Source: Chrysemys picta bellii (taxonomy: Eukaryota). From it: a stretch of DNA of 64,000 nucleotides. The notes below the pieces were generated by a model, which saw only the letters and a program-made list of their open reading frames with translations, searched no databases and was not told the DNA's origin. The position numbers were made by a program, and so were the translations under genes. The stretch covers positions 9,672,001 through 9,736,000 of the forward strand of contig NC_088802.1 of the NCBI RefSeq assembly GCF_011386835.1. The letters are read 5' to 3'. This document shows positions 45,349 to 56,641 of this stretch, in pieces; position 1 is the stretch's first letter; each line of letters starts with the position of its first letter.

Positions 45349-46240
45349 CTCCAAGCACAAGGTCTGCAGCTACTTCTCCAAAACTCCCCGATAGCCTTCT
45401 CAAGGGGGCTGGTTTGCAACCGGCTTATATACCTAGCCTCACAAACCCTCTCTGTTGCCAGCTCTCTCCCAGATTGCGAAATAAAATATATGTCCTGTTT
45501 GACAGCATTCCCAGCAGGCATGTTTGAGCTGAAGTTTCTCTGGCGAAAGATCTCTCTGTGCTCAGGGGAGGAGGTGGTTCTACCTGGTTCCTCTGATCAC
45601 TGGGTGATGCAGGCTCAGCGGGATTTGTGCTCATGGTTTGTAAACACCAGATTTCATACACAATCCCAGTGGTGCTGGAATACATCTAATAGTGGGGGTG
45701 CTGAAAGCCAGCCCCCTTTCCCCTGTCTGTGCCCCATCCCCAGAGCTGGGGCTGAGAGCAGGGCCATGTCTCTGGAAGGGTGGGACCCGGAAAGGGCTAA
45801 AGGGGCCAAGGATGGGGCCACAGCTGAGGGCGGGCGTGGGGCCGGCAGTGGGACCCCGGGCATGGGCCGACAGCTGGGACCCCAGGCGCGGGACTGGGAG
45901 CCAGCGTGCGGGACTGGGACCAGAGCCTCAGGAGCAGGGCCAGCAGCCAGGACCCCGCCTGAGAGCCAGAAGTGGAGCCCCAGACACGGGGCTGGGACCC
46001 CACATGCAAGGCCAGGAGTGGAGCCCGGCTGTGGGGCCAGCAGCTGGGACCCCGCATGGGGATCCAGAAGTGGAGCCCCACGTAAAACCTGGGGGTGCTG
46101 CAGCAACCCCTGCACCCCAAATCCCGCGCCTATGCACAAATCCAGACAGCTGGATGAAACAGCCTCCTGTTGGAGTATTTTCCTGGATTCACAGAAGGCA
46201 GAGCTCCTGCTGTGAAGTTCAGTTCCAATCTCCTCTTCAC
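45349..46240 (-). pseudogene. Decayed RING/B-box first exon of TRIM locus 3
   Basis: LQQEAVSSSCLD [MITE] ...VFTNHEHKSR*ACITQ*SEE...SSPEHREIFRQRNF...ERVCE is collinear with exon 1 of gene 2. It has two stops, five RING cysteines lost, the B-box core missing and a frameshift. Confidence 0.75.
45667..46134. mobile_element. MITE inserted into the dead RING exon
   Basis: Ends cagtggtgctgg / gcgcctatg, with an imperfect TSD cacaatcc / cacaaatc. Removing it restores RING collinearity. Confidence 0.6.
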
Positions 46241-46389
46241 AGAATAGGGTGATCAGATGTTCCAATTTTACAGGGACAGTCATTATTTGGGGCTTTTTCT
46301 TATATAGGCTTCTTATAGAGATCATGCAGACAAACAATAGGGAAGTGGGGACCATAATGACAAAACAATACAGAAATGGGGATTTCCCA

Positions 46390-47550
46390 ACCACAACTAC
46401 TGATAAGTGGTCTCCTGCCAAGCTCTAAGATACAACCACATTTGCTTCGATCCCTCTTGCTTTGATCCCTCAGACAGAAACAAACACCTACAGGATCTCT
46501 ATCAAGCATTCTTAAAACTACAGTACCCACCTGGTGAAGTGAGGAAACAGATTGACAGAGCCAGAAGTGTACCCAGAAGTCACCTACTACAGGACAGGCC
46601 CAACAAAGAAAGTAACAGAACACCACTAGCTGTCACCTACAGCCCCCAACTAAAACTTCTCCAGCGCATCATCAAGGATCTACAACCTATCCTGAAGGAT
46701 GATCCCTCACTCTCACAGACCTTGGGAGACAGGCCAGTCTTCGCTTACAGACAGCCCCCCAACCTGAAGCAAATACTCACCAGCAACTACACACCACACA
46801 ACAAAAACACCAACCCAGGAACCAAACCCTGCAACAAACCCCGGTGCCAACTCTGTCCACATATCTATTCAAGGGACACCATCATAGGACCTAACCACAT
46901 CAGCCACACCATCAGGGGCTCGTTCACCTGCAAATATACCAATGTGATATATGCCATCATGTGCCAGCAATACCCCTCTGCCATGTACATTGGCCAAACT
47001 GGACAGTCTCTACGCAAAAGAATAAATGGACACAAATCTGACAGGAATCATAACATTCAAAAACAAGTAGGAGAACACTTCAATCTCTCTGGTCACTCAA
47101 TAACGGACCTAAAAGTGGCAATTCTTCAACAAAAAAACTTCAAAAACAGACTCGAACATGAAGTTGCAGAACTGGAATTAATTTGCAAATTAGATACCAT
47201 CAGATTAGGCCTGAATAAAGACTGGGAGTGGTTGAATCATTACAAAACCTCAACCTAATTTACCCACTACTAATTTCTCCCTATTGTTACTCACACCTTC
47301 TTGTCCACTGTCTGTAAAGGGCCACTTTCATTACCACTTCAAAAATTATTTTTCCTCCCTTGGTATCCTGCTGTTAATTGATTTCTCTCGTTAGACTGAC
47401 CTCACACTTGGTAAGGCAACTCCCATCCTTTCATGTATTTATACCTGCTCCTGTATTTTCCACGTCATGCATCTGATGAATTGGGTTCTAGCCCACGAAA
47501 GCTTATGCTCAAATAAATTTGTTAGTCTCTAAGGTGCCCCAAGGACTCCT
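46390..47550 (+). mobile_element. Penelope-like retroelement, 5'-truncated (end of RT region plus GIY-YIG endonuclease)
   Basis: ORF 46407-47258 contains VIYAIMCQQ...MYIGQTGQSLRKRINGH...HFN (GIY-YIG). The 3' end reads cccacgaaagcttatgctcaaataaatttgttagtctctaaggtgcc. Confidence 0.85.
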
Positions 47551-48255
47551 AGTTGTTCTTACCAGACAGAATGCCATCAAACTAAGTCTTCTTTAACCGT
47601 TTTAAGATCTGTTTCCTTATCTGGTGATAGTGGGTGCCATTAGGACAGGATCTCCTTCTTAACAGCCTGGTATTACATTATTTTAATCTAATTTAGATGA
47701 AATGTGAGGATGTGACTTCCTGCTTCTCAATTAATGGTTGCTGCTCTTTTAATCTGGCTGCAGACAAAGGCCTTAGGCTTTCAGCCTTACAATATGGCTA
47801 TAGGCCAAACAACCTAGCTACACGAAAAGGCCTTATCTTTACAGTCCCCCCCCACACACACACACACCAGGGGTGGTAGGGCTCGGACGGGCTCAAGCTC
47901 TGGCCCCCCTCGTGGAGTCCTGTAGTCATTTTTGTTGTCAGAAGGGGGTCGTAGTGCAATGAAGTTTGAGAACCCCTGGTCTATTGTATAGCTAGAGAAT
48001 AGTGATTGTGAAGGGGCAGCTAAGTGGGAGAGGTTTAGGTTGGATATTAGGAAAAACTTTTTCACTAGGCAGGTGGTGAAGCACTGGAATGGGTTACCTA
48101 GGGAGGTGGTGGAATCTCCTTCCTTAGAGGTTTTTAAGGTCAGGCTTGACAAAGCCCTGGCTGGGATGATTTAGTTGGGGATTGGTCCTGCTTTGAGCAG
48201 GGGGTTGGACTAGATGACCTCCTGACATCCCTTCCAACCCTGATATTCTATGATT
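47550..48255 (+). mobile_element. CR1 LINE 3' fragments interrupted by a MITE (about 47868-47978)
   Basis: aggtttaggttggatattaggaaaaactttttcact...ccttccaaccctgatattctatgatt CR1 tail. Confidence 0.65.
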
Positions 48256-48631
48256 CGAAGGATCATTCACTGAAGGATAGAAAATAGAGTTGGTCAAGAA
48301 ATGTGGCTTTTTATTTGTTTGTTCCCCTTCCCCCTCCACTTGGGTTAATTTTGACACACACAAAAAGGCGGGGGAGGTTGCCTATGTTTTGAGTGGAGAA
48401 TGTTGCCTTTTTGTACAAAAAAACAAAAAACAAAAAAAAAACCCACCCCGAAAACCAGAAAACTCACCCGACAGCAAAACATTTCAGCTGAAAAATGCAC
48501 CAAACCACACGGGTTTTTGGCTAGCAGCATTGCTGAAAACTGGAAAAATTTTGGGTGAGGATTTCAAGTGACCAAAAAAAAAAAAAAAAAAAATTAAATA
48601 TTGTTAGGAAAGCAAAACAGCCAGCCATTTT

Positions 48632-48668
<37 letters not shown>

Positions 48669-49928
48669 TTAATCAAAACCCAATTTTCCAGTGAAAAAGA
48701 GGTTTCGATGGAAATATTTGACCAACCCTAGTAAAAATCATCTCAGGAACGTTGTGATTCTCATTAAAAACCTACAGAAAACCCTGTTAAAGACTGAGGC
48801 TGTATTGCATAGACAGGCCAAATAAACAGGGATGGCTGACTGGGGATAGCAGCCTTAGGCCCAGTTTATAAGATGATGCAACATATTGGCATCTAGTTTC
48901 CTTCTAGGATCCAGTTCGCAGTGCAACAATACCTCATCTGGAAGGAACAATTGCATCTCTCTAGCTCAGCTAGTTTTTCCTGTCCCTAGTGCCACATACT
49001 TTCCCTGGCAGCTTTTACCAGTTCAAGGGCAGGGACCAATTGTCCTCTGAGAGATGTCAAAGGATAAGTCTGAATCTCCTTCCTTTGGAGTGTCTTTTCC
49101 TGTGTTTTAGGGAGCTTGCAGGGATTAGAACTGGATGAAAAATGGGAGGGGGTGGGGAAGTTGCATAAAAATGAAATTTCCAAGTTATTTTCATTTCAAA
49201 GTGTGTGGAAATACCCATGTTTAGAGCTCTGTTTTTCTCTCTCTCTCAGAAACTTTGTTGGAAATGATTGAGATCCAATAAAGTGAGTGGTAGGCATGGG
49301 CGCCAGGTTTGCATAATTTTTGGTGGTGCCAAGGAGCTGCCTTCTCTGCCATTGTGCAACGATTTTGTGACTCATATTAAGACAGTGAGTCTTCATCTCC
49401 CTCTAGTTACTGGTCCATGTACTATACCAATTAATAAGCCTGGTCCTTTAGTACCCAGTGGTAGCGGCTGGTGCTTTTAGAGTTGAAGGACTCAGGTTCA
49501 AACCTCACTATTTCCATAATTTAAGTGCAGCTCCCTACAGTGGAAGCTTTTGTAAAAGCTGCTCTTCCGTCCCCACTTCCCTGGTGGGGCTGCTCTCAGA
49601 GCAGGGACAGAGCAGGAAAGGGACGAAGAGGAAGCTACTATATTCAGTCCCTGTGTTGCTGTCACGCCCAGCTCTCCAGCCGCACACAGACAGGGAGAAT
49701 GGAGGAGACTGTGCCTGTGAGCGGGGATATAGAGCCCTCTATAGTCCAGAGGGGAAGTGACACATTTTAGATACGCTGCTCCAGCCCTGTAGGAGAAAGG
49801 AAGTGGTAGCCTTGAAGAGAAAAGGGTCAGCGCCCATTTCTCTGAATGCTAGTATTTAAAACGTCAGTGTCTACTGGAACTAGAGCGTCAGAGTTAAGGT
49901 GCTTCAGGTGCTGTTTCTATTCAATATA

Positions 49929-50071
49929 NNNNNNNNNNNNNNNNNNNNNNNNNNNNNNNNNNNNNNNNNNNNNNNNNNNNNNNNNNNNNNNNNNNNNNNN
50001 NNNNNNNNNNNNNNNNNNNNNNNNNNNNNNNNNNNNNNNNNNNNNNNNNNNNNNNNNNNNNNNNNNNNNNN
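49929..50071. other. Assembly gap (143 N)
   Basis: Run of N characters. The true distance and orientation across the gap are not guaranteed. Confidence 0.99.
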
Positions 50072-52492
50072 TAGCTTGTGATTTCCTTAGTTGGTAATGT
50101 TTCTATTTGTATTTTTGTGGTGGATCTTATTTTGATATGAACATAGTAGCTTTAGCTGGAAGGTAATTAAAGGATTTGGGGCTTTTTTTTGAGGGGGATT
50201 GGAAGAAAAAGTTCCACATGGGAACTTACCCTTTTATATGGTCCCATAGTTGTAATCATTTCTTTCTCCAGGTTAGGTGGCTAAGCATCTGGTGGCTGGA
50301 ACAGGTGAAAGAGACAAAATTAGTATATTATAATTCTGTATATTGCAATAGCCCATAGAAGTCCCAAGGGCTAGATCACATAAAAAATCCACATGGAAAA
50401 TGTTGGCTTTTTATCTCCCATCTCCCCCCATATTTTTCTTTTTGTTTTGTTTTTCAGCACCCAAAAATTCTCAGCCAAAAACTGCTGAAAAACAAAAAAC
50501 AAATAAACCAAAAGTTTAGCAACAATTTTAAAAAATGTTTTTGTCTAATTTTTTTTGTTTCAGTTTCCTGATTGGAAATAGATTTTTTTTCAGTTAAATT
50601 AGACAAATTCAGATATTGAAAATAATATATAAAAAAAGTTTTGTAGGAAATTGTTTTGACCATCCCAACTAGAGCCCCAATGTGTTAGTACAAACACGTC
50701 AGGAAAAGACAGCCTCTACTTCTCAAAATTTACAATCTCAATAGACATCTAGAGACAAGTGGATACAGCAAAGGATTGGTGGAGGAGCACAGGTTATCTA
50801 TAAGATTTCATGCTGTCTGCCTGGCCCAAGTTTATGGTGATGTTTTTAAAAATGTGGTTAAGGTATTCCCTTAAAAGTAGATTGAAATTTTTCTATCAAA
50901 ACTGGGTTTCTTGACTGAAAATTGGGTTCCCCCCCCCCCCCCCAAAATTGAAAAATCAAATGCCTGAAAACCAAAATATGGAAACAGAAATTTTTACATG
51001 TGGAAACACTTCCATGGTATCTCAAATGAAGCAGCCCAGAGAGAGACTGGTTGTATAGGTGTGGAGAGGTGAAAGGAGTTGATGAGACCCCCCCACACAC
51101 CCACTCTGGCCAGCCCCCTCTTAGCAGCAGTCCCTGGCCTGGAATCTCATTCTCCCTCCAACCACTAATTTCATATCGGGGAGACCTGATGGAAAACTAG
51201 CCGAGCTGAAAGCGACCCCAACAGGTCTTTGCTGCTCCCCTGCTGGACCTGGCTGGAAACGTACCGTATTGTCGCCAGACCTCTTTTTCTTCCGTATATA
51301 CTGCTCTATATGCACACAGCCTTTCAGTCACCCGGGCATGTGCCTATATTTGCTCCACCCAGCAGCAGCAGAATCTCCTTTTGGGGAGAATTTTGCACCC
51401 AGGGAGTGAAGGGGCAAGAAGGAAGCAGACAGCTCTTGTGTGCTAGCCATGCCAAGGGAATCGTTATCAGGCAGAGCAACCAACCTACAGCTTCATAGAG
51501 AGGTTGATCTTCTCTAGCTATATGCTAGTATAGTCTCAATGATTTAAACATAAGACCGCCATATTTAAATGGGTTTAATTGTTTAAGTTAAAACTTCTTC
51601 CAACAAAGTCTGTTGTCAAGTCAAAAATCTGGGAAAATGAGGGAAGGGGGGAAGTATAGTATCCAGAAAAGAAAACAGAAAACAACAGGGGCTCTCTCTG
51701 GTCAAAGGTTTTGAAACCTGGGTACCTAGAGTTAAAGTCTTAAGTACATAAGTAAACTCCAAAAATGTGTAGGCTTCCCCCTCCCTTAGAAAAAGTTCTA
51801 AGTTATCAGCAGCATCTATTTACCTCCAGAGTAGCTGCTGGGTGGATAGTGGTTTTAGAATCAGGACACCTTTTCAGACACCTAGGAATAGATTTAGAAA
51901 CTTAACTTCAGACACATAGAGAGAGATTAGATTAAATGATTTTCTCCCAAACAAGTTAATTGTTTAATAAGGGATAGCAGTAACAAAAGTTAAAAAAAAA
52001 ATCCATTCTTTGACCCCTGCAAAAGAAGCCACATGGCTCTTTTGTGCACATGGCAAGTGCTGATCAAAATGTCTATTTTCTGTCAACGTGAAACTGTGTA
52101 CCAAGAGTCAAAAGACCAGTGATCAGAAGTGCACTGAACTGGTTCTTGTTACATCTATGATTCACATATAAAAAGGGGAAATAAAATGATTTTAAAAACA
52201 CAGGAAAACAAGATAACTTTCAACATGCTAGCCATTCTCCAATGGAAATTTAAATCGTAAATATTTTCTGACTTTTACAAACCTTTGTTGGAATCATAGA
52301 GGATCAAACTGCTTTGTTAAGAGTGGGCTCATCTAAGAAGAAAGTTTGGGACAACACTAGATCCTATCATTTATACCACCTTCTCAGTAGCAGAGGATGA
52401 ATAAAGGGAGCCGGCCTGTTCAAGCCATCAGACTGGACGCGCGAACGAGGAGTGGTTTCTAGGGGAGGGGAGGACCGAAGACCTTTCAGTCT

Positions 52493-52522
52493 TCATTCAG
52501 GTCGGCACCCAGTCTATATAAA
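52493..52522 (+). promoter_or_regulatory. Proximal promoter of the variant H2B: H4-box-like element and TATA, no octamer seen
   Basis: TCATTCAGGTCG at 52493-52504 and TATATAAA at 52515-52522. No ATTTGCAT or ATGCAAAT was seen in the preceding 300 nt or so. Confidence 0.6.
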
Positions 52523-52583
52523 GAGGAACTTCTAGACGGCTAGCGTCTTTTTATGTTGGTCAGAAGCGTGGAAGTGAGGGAGG

Positions 52584-52949
52584 ATGTCTGCGCGTGTGCC
52601 GAAGAAAGGTGGGAAGAAGCTGATTGCGGAGGGTGCGAAGAAAGCCGATAAGAAGCGTAAGAGGAGCCGCAAAGAGTCTTACTCGATTTATGTCTACAAG
52701 GTGTTGAAGCAGGTCCATCCGGACACGGGCATTTCTTCCAAGGCCATGAGTATTATGAATTCCTTCGTGAGCGATCTCTTCGAGCGCATCGCCTCAGAGG
52801 CGTCCCGCTTGGCTTTATACAACAAGAGATCGACTATCAGCTCCAGAGAGATCCAGACCGCGGTGCGCCTGCTCTTGCCTGGAGAGTTGGCGAAGCATGC
52901 TGTGTCGGAAGGCACTAAGGCTGTCACCAAATATACCAGCTCTAAGTAA
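52584..52949 (+). CDS. Variant histone H2B (121 aa) with a novel N-terminal tail
   Basis: Near-canonical fold [46 protein letters not shown]...AVTKYTSSK, tail [20 protein letters not shown], plus TATA, stem-loop and HDE. Confidence 0.95.
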   Translation: MSARVPKKGGKKLIAEGAKKADKKRKRSRKESYSIYVYKVLKQVHPDTGISSKAMSIMNSFVSDLFERIASEASRLALYNKRSTISSREIQTAVRLLLPGELAKHAVSEGTKAVTKYTSSK

Positions 52950-53006
52950 AGCTTTGCGTCCTATACCTGTGCTAAGGTGAAACCATCCACCGAATTAAGA
53001 CCCAAA

Positions 53007-53047
53007 GGCCCTTTTAAGGGCCACCCACTTTTCCCATAAAAGAGCTG
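53007..53047 (+). terminator. Histone stem-loop plus HDE of H2B
   Basis: GGCCCTTTTAAGGGCC-ACCCA at 53007-53022 and AAAAGAGCTG at 53038-53047. Confidence 0.92.
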
Positions 53048-54689
53048 CTCATAGTAAGGGAATTTAGTCTAATCAGATTAGTTACGGATTGAGATGTCAT
53101 CAGTTAAAATGTTCATCATTCCTGATTCTATAAAATTGATAAAAGCAATATTGGTAAAAGAAAACCGGTAAAAAGGTTGGTAGTTTTTTAACATATCCAC
53201 ATAAACAAGAATTATTTGTGGAAGTTCGATTGGGCTTATAAAATGCGGTTTACGTGCTATACATTCTTTGCATAGCAGATACTCTAATCCCTTAATAACC
53301 TTGCTTTTTATATTGAAATACGGGTATCAAACGCAGCTAGAGAATTTTTTTTGTAGAAACTTTAACTTGTATTGATGAATATTGCAAACTGTTGAAGCGT
53401 TTTCATTCGCAAAGGACTTGGATACCAAGGAGTCTTCATTTCCCGAAGACTGGAAAAACAGCCGCCCCAAAGCTATAACGAAGCGGAAACACCACAATCC
53501 GAACAGAAAGGGGATGTGGAAGGAACAAGGTATAAACTAAAAAACTTTTTATCTTCCCCAAAATAAACCTGAAGCCACCCGGCTGTTTCTCTCTTTACCA
53601 CTTCCCAGCAATATATTAACAAAATCCGCTGATAAAATTTCAGTCTGAAATGGTGGTTTTCCTCACACAATTGCAGCTTGCTGTCACTGTCCCTTTCAGG
53701 CAGCAAACCAGGCACTGTCTTCTGCGAAGCTGTCGCAGGAGCCTGGGCATGGCCGTGGAGTGATGCTAACTAAGCAGCAACCTACTTGTAAATCTACATT
53801 GCAGGTGCAGCCAGCTCGGAAATACACCAGGAGCCGTGGGGCAAGATCCACTCGCTGCCTTTCCAGCTGAGGGAAAACCAACCGCGCTCAGAAATATACG
53901 GAGCGGGTGGCGGCTCCTGCTGCTCGAGATCACTGGTTTATCAGGTCGGGGCGGCAGCAGGCGTGTGATGTTTATCTGAGGGGGGAGCAGGTCCTTTGTG
54001 TTGTGAAAGTCTCTTTAGAAATCGAATTCCTCCTAAGTCTTCAACTGGAGTTTTTATAAGACGGGGCCACCTACCTATCTACCGTCCCTGCTCCCCCCGC
54101 ATGTACATATTCCAATCTGCCCTTGAAAACGCAGGAATCTTGGCCCTCCACCCCAGCCAGCCCTGGCTTCAGGCCGGAGTGCAGCTGAGGCAGAAACAGG
54201 ACAGTGCTGTCCCGTCCTTGAACCCCTCCCCAACCACGGGTAGTCACGAAAACCTTTCGAGCATCCTACCATGACTGCATTATGGGCAATACGAGAATGC
54301 ATATAATCCGTGGGGATTTAGGTTGTTTCCAGATTACTTGTACGTTTCCTCCACCTGTCACATCACATTCTGAGATAAGGTTGGGAATAATTCTGGGGTT
54401 TACAATGTTCATAGTTCGATACACACAACTCCTATAGCTTCTGGTCACTTGGTCGCCATATCTGATTTTTCACACTCGTTCCCGTCAGGCAGTGACAGAG
54501 GCTCGTCATATTTAATAATATAGTAAACCAGCCCGCATATCTCGCCTCTTTCTAAAGGGGAGGGGGAAGACCTAAAAAGCCTGTTTCTGATTTCCCCAGC
54601 GCACCTACTGTTTTCCGCTGAAATCAAAGGGAGATTTGCCAGAGCTAGGGATGCAGTGTAAGGGAGACATCAGGGCATTCGTGCTTAAA

Positions 54690-54729
54690 GCTCTCCTGGA
54701 CATGGTTTGGGGTGGCTCTTAAAAGAGCC
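54690..54729 (-). terminator. Histone stem-loop plus HDE of H1-like gene C
   Basis: Minus strand GGCTCTTTTAAGAGCC-ACCCC at 54729-54714, with AGGAGAGCT downstream. Confidence 0.9.
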
Positions 54730-54763
54730 GTTGTTGTTTCGTTGCGGTGAATCCATAGGTCTG

Positions 54764-55345
54764 TTAAGATTTCCGCTGGGGAGCCATTGCCCCGCGAGCA
54801 GAGGAAGCCGCAGAAGTCTTGCCAGCTCCTTTGCCTTCGGCCATGTTCCGTATCTTCCCGGGGGGCTTTGTCCCCGTCCCTTTGTTTTTCTTCTCGATCT
54901 TTTTAGCCTCCTTGTTGGCAAGCGGCTTTTTATCTGCCTGTCTCTTCTGCTTTGCCGGCTTCTTGGCCTCCTTGGTCTTGGGCAGCTGCAGAACAAGCTG
55001 AGTTTTGCCGACCCCAGGCTCTTTGCAGAGCTTGTAGGAGCCGGGAGCCCCAGTCACTCCAGGCACCTTGCACAGGATGTTGTTGGTGACCAGCTTCTTG
55101 AGCGCCGCTTTGATGCGGCTTTTGTTCCTCTGGACGTCGACTCCCGTCGCCGCCAGCTCCTTCTCGATGGCCACCAGGGAGAAGCCCTTGCGGCTCTTGG
55201 AGAAATCCACGCTCCACAGGATGAGCTGGGCAAAAGCCGGCCGCTGTCTTCGAGGCGGCTTCTTCTTCCTTCTCTTCTTTTTCCTTTGGCTGGCTGGAGC
55301 TGGAGCTGCGACTGGAGCTTCAGCTGCCGTTTGCGCTGTATTCAT
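54764..55345 (-). CDS. Divergent H1-like protein C (193 aa)
   Basis: Globular domain FSLVAIEKELAATGVDVQRNKSRIKAALKKLV...GAPGSYKL with a Lys-rich tail. Intronless, with stem-loop/HDE and a good start context (gagATGa). Confidence 0.9.
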   Translation of the reverse strand: MNTAQTAAEAPVAAPAPASQRKKKRRKKKPPRRQRPAFAQLILWSVDFSKSRKGFSLVAIEKELAATGVDVQRNKSRIKAALKKLVTNNILCKVPGVTGAPGSYKLCKEPGVGKTQLVLQLPKTKEAKKPAKQKRQADKKPLANKEAKKIEKKNKGTGTKPPGKIRNMAEGKGAGKTSAASSARGAMAPQRKS

Positions 55346-55477
55346 CTCGGCCTAAAGGGGGCGCCGCTTCTGCAGCCACCAGCACTGCTCCAGGCGCCTG
55401 CGGCGCAGTCTGTCCCCCAGTCGCTGCTCTCGCCGCTCACGCCGCCGACTGGAAGCCAGGGCTGCTGCCCGCGGCTA

Positions 55478-55565
55478 ATTATAGCCGGGACCCCGACGCA
55501 ACCGAATCAACCTCCCGCCCCTCCTGCTGCCGCAGCTCTAGGCTCCTCTCCTCCAAAGTGTGTCT
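55478..55565 (-). promoter_or_regulatory. H1-type promoter of gene C
   Basis: TATAAT (55483-55478), TTGATTCGGTTGCGTC (55510-55495), GGGCGG GC box, and AC-box variant AGACACA (55565-55559). Confidence 0.75.
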
Positions 55566-56319
55566 CTCCGGCACCGAGAACCTGAGTTTCTAAGAGCACA
55601 CGAGGCCTCCTGTCATTCCACAACAGCCATCTTGTCCAGATCGGGAGGGTGTTTCATTCCCTGGCGTTGGTGTTAAGGAATGAACCTCCTGCTGAGGGGT
55701 GTGGGGGGAGAGAGAAAGTGAAAATAAAACCACCAAAGCCTCGCACACATCTCCAGCTCTTCACTCAGACTGGAGCAGTATTTGATATTTTTCTCTTAAC
55801 GAATGTTAAAATTCTCAGCCTTACCTCTGACAGAAAAAGGAACAGGGATGAATGAACAAATCAACCTATGAAGGAATTCAATAGATGATTTTGTGGAGTG
55901 GGGAGGAATTGTTTTTAAATAGAGCAGGTGAATTTATCAGTCAAGATCATCAGGGATCCATCCCATCCCAGCTGCTGGGACTGGAAGACGGGATAGATCA
56001 CTAGGTAATTGCCTTGTTCTGTCCATTCCTTCTGAAGCATCTGGCATTGGCCACTTCAGAAGACAGGATATTGGGCTAGATGGACCCAGTATGACCATTT
56101 GTGCTGATGGTAGAGCATGACAGTTTTAGGAAGAAAAAAAGAGAGAAAGAAAAGGGGCTTTCTCACTGGTTCATTTAGGATCCTCATTCTCATTGGCTCA
56201 GGGGACCTGGACTCCTACTAGCCAATCAGAATGGAGGAACTGCTCAGCTCTAAGGTTATAACAAAAGTCGCTCAACCATTCTGTTTTGTTGAGAGAAGAA
56301 AGGTGTTCTGTTAATAGAG

Positions 56320-56641
56320 GTGTGTAAGGCTGCTTGTGAGGAAAGGAAGTTGCCTCGGTGAAGTCTTGTTCAGTAGGGTGGGGCTACGGTTTCCTGTGGA
56401 TAGGCTGTATAAGCTGCTACATGAGATGTAGTAGAAATGTTGCCTTTAGATAATTTAGTTGTTGTGCTGAAGTATCTGAGAATGAGTCCTGGGAAAGTGA
56501 GACGAGCCAAATTGTTCTGCACCATCCATAGTTTGCTGTCTACAAAGATTGAAGAGCTGAACATGCTCTTGTGGGGTCTTGCCCAATATTGAGGCTGTGT
56601 TTTTGTGTGAGAAAGCACCACCCAGCAACAGTAGTAACTAA
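56320..56641 (+). pseudogene. Histone H2A pseudogene
   Basis: Collinear fragments RVGLRFPVDRLYKLL (cf. RAGLQFPVGRVHRLL), LVVVLKYL (LAAVLEYL), KD-EELNMLL (NDEELNKLL) and GVLPNIEAVFL (GVLPNIQAVLL), with stops, frameshifts and deletions. ATTGG, CCAAT and TATA-like elements lie at 56190-56252. Confidence 0.8.

Noticed and set aside
49447-49512. tRNA-like sequence with A/B-box similarity
   Set aside because: The acceptor and anticodon stems do not pair convincingly, so it is more likely a decayed SINE head than a tRNA gene. tRNAscan-SE would decide.
53748-53930. Possible further H3 relic (TKQQPTCKST, ARKY, ALRNIR words)
   Set aside because: The matches need several insertions and frame changes, and no CCAAT/TATA or stem-loop is correctly placed. 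It is too weak without a profile search.
54266-54448. H2A-like words (RIIP, VT, VLP) in a short minus-strand ORF
   Set aside because: Spacing is not collinear with H2A, so it is probably chance.
54707-55585. Long antisense ORFs over the H1 genes (also 9422-9907, 57370-58173, 61773-62495)
   Set aside because: These are shadow ORFs produced by GC-rich, Lys/Ala-biased codons on the opposite strand, with no domain or promoter support.
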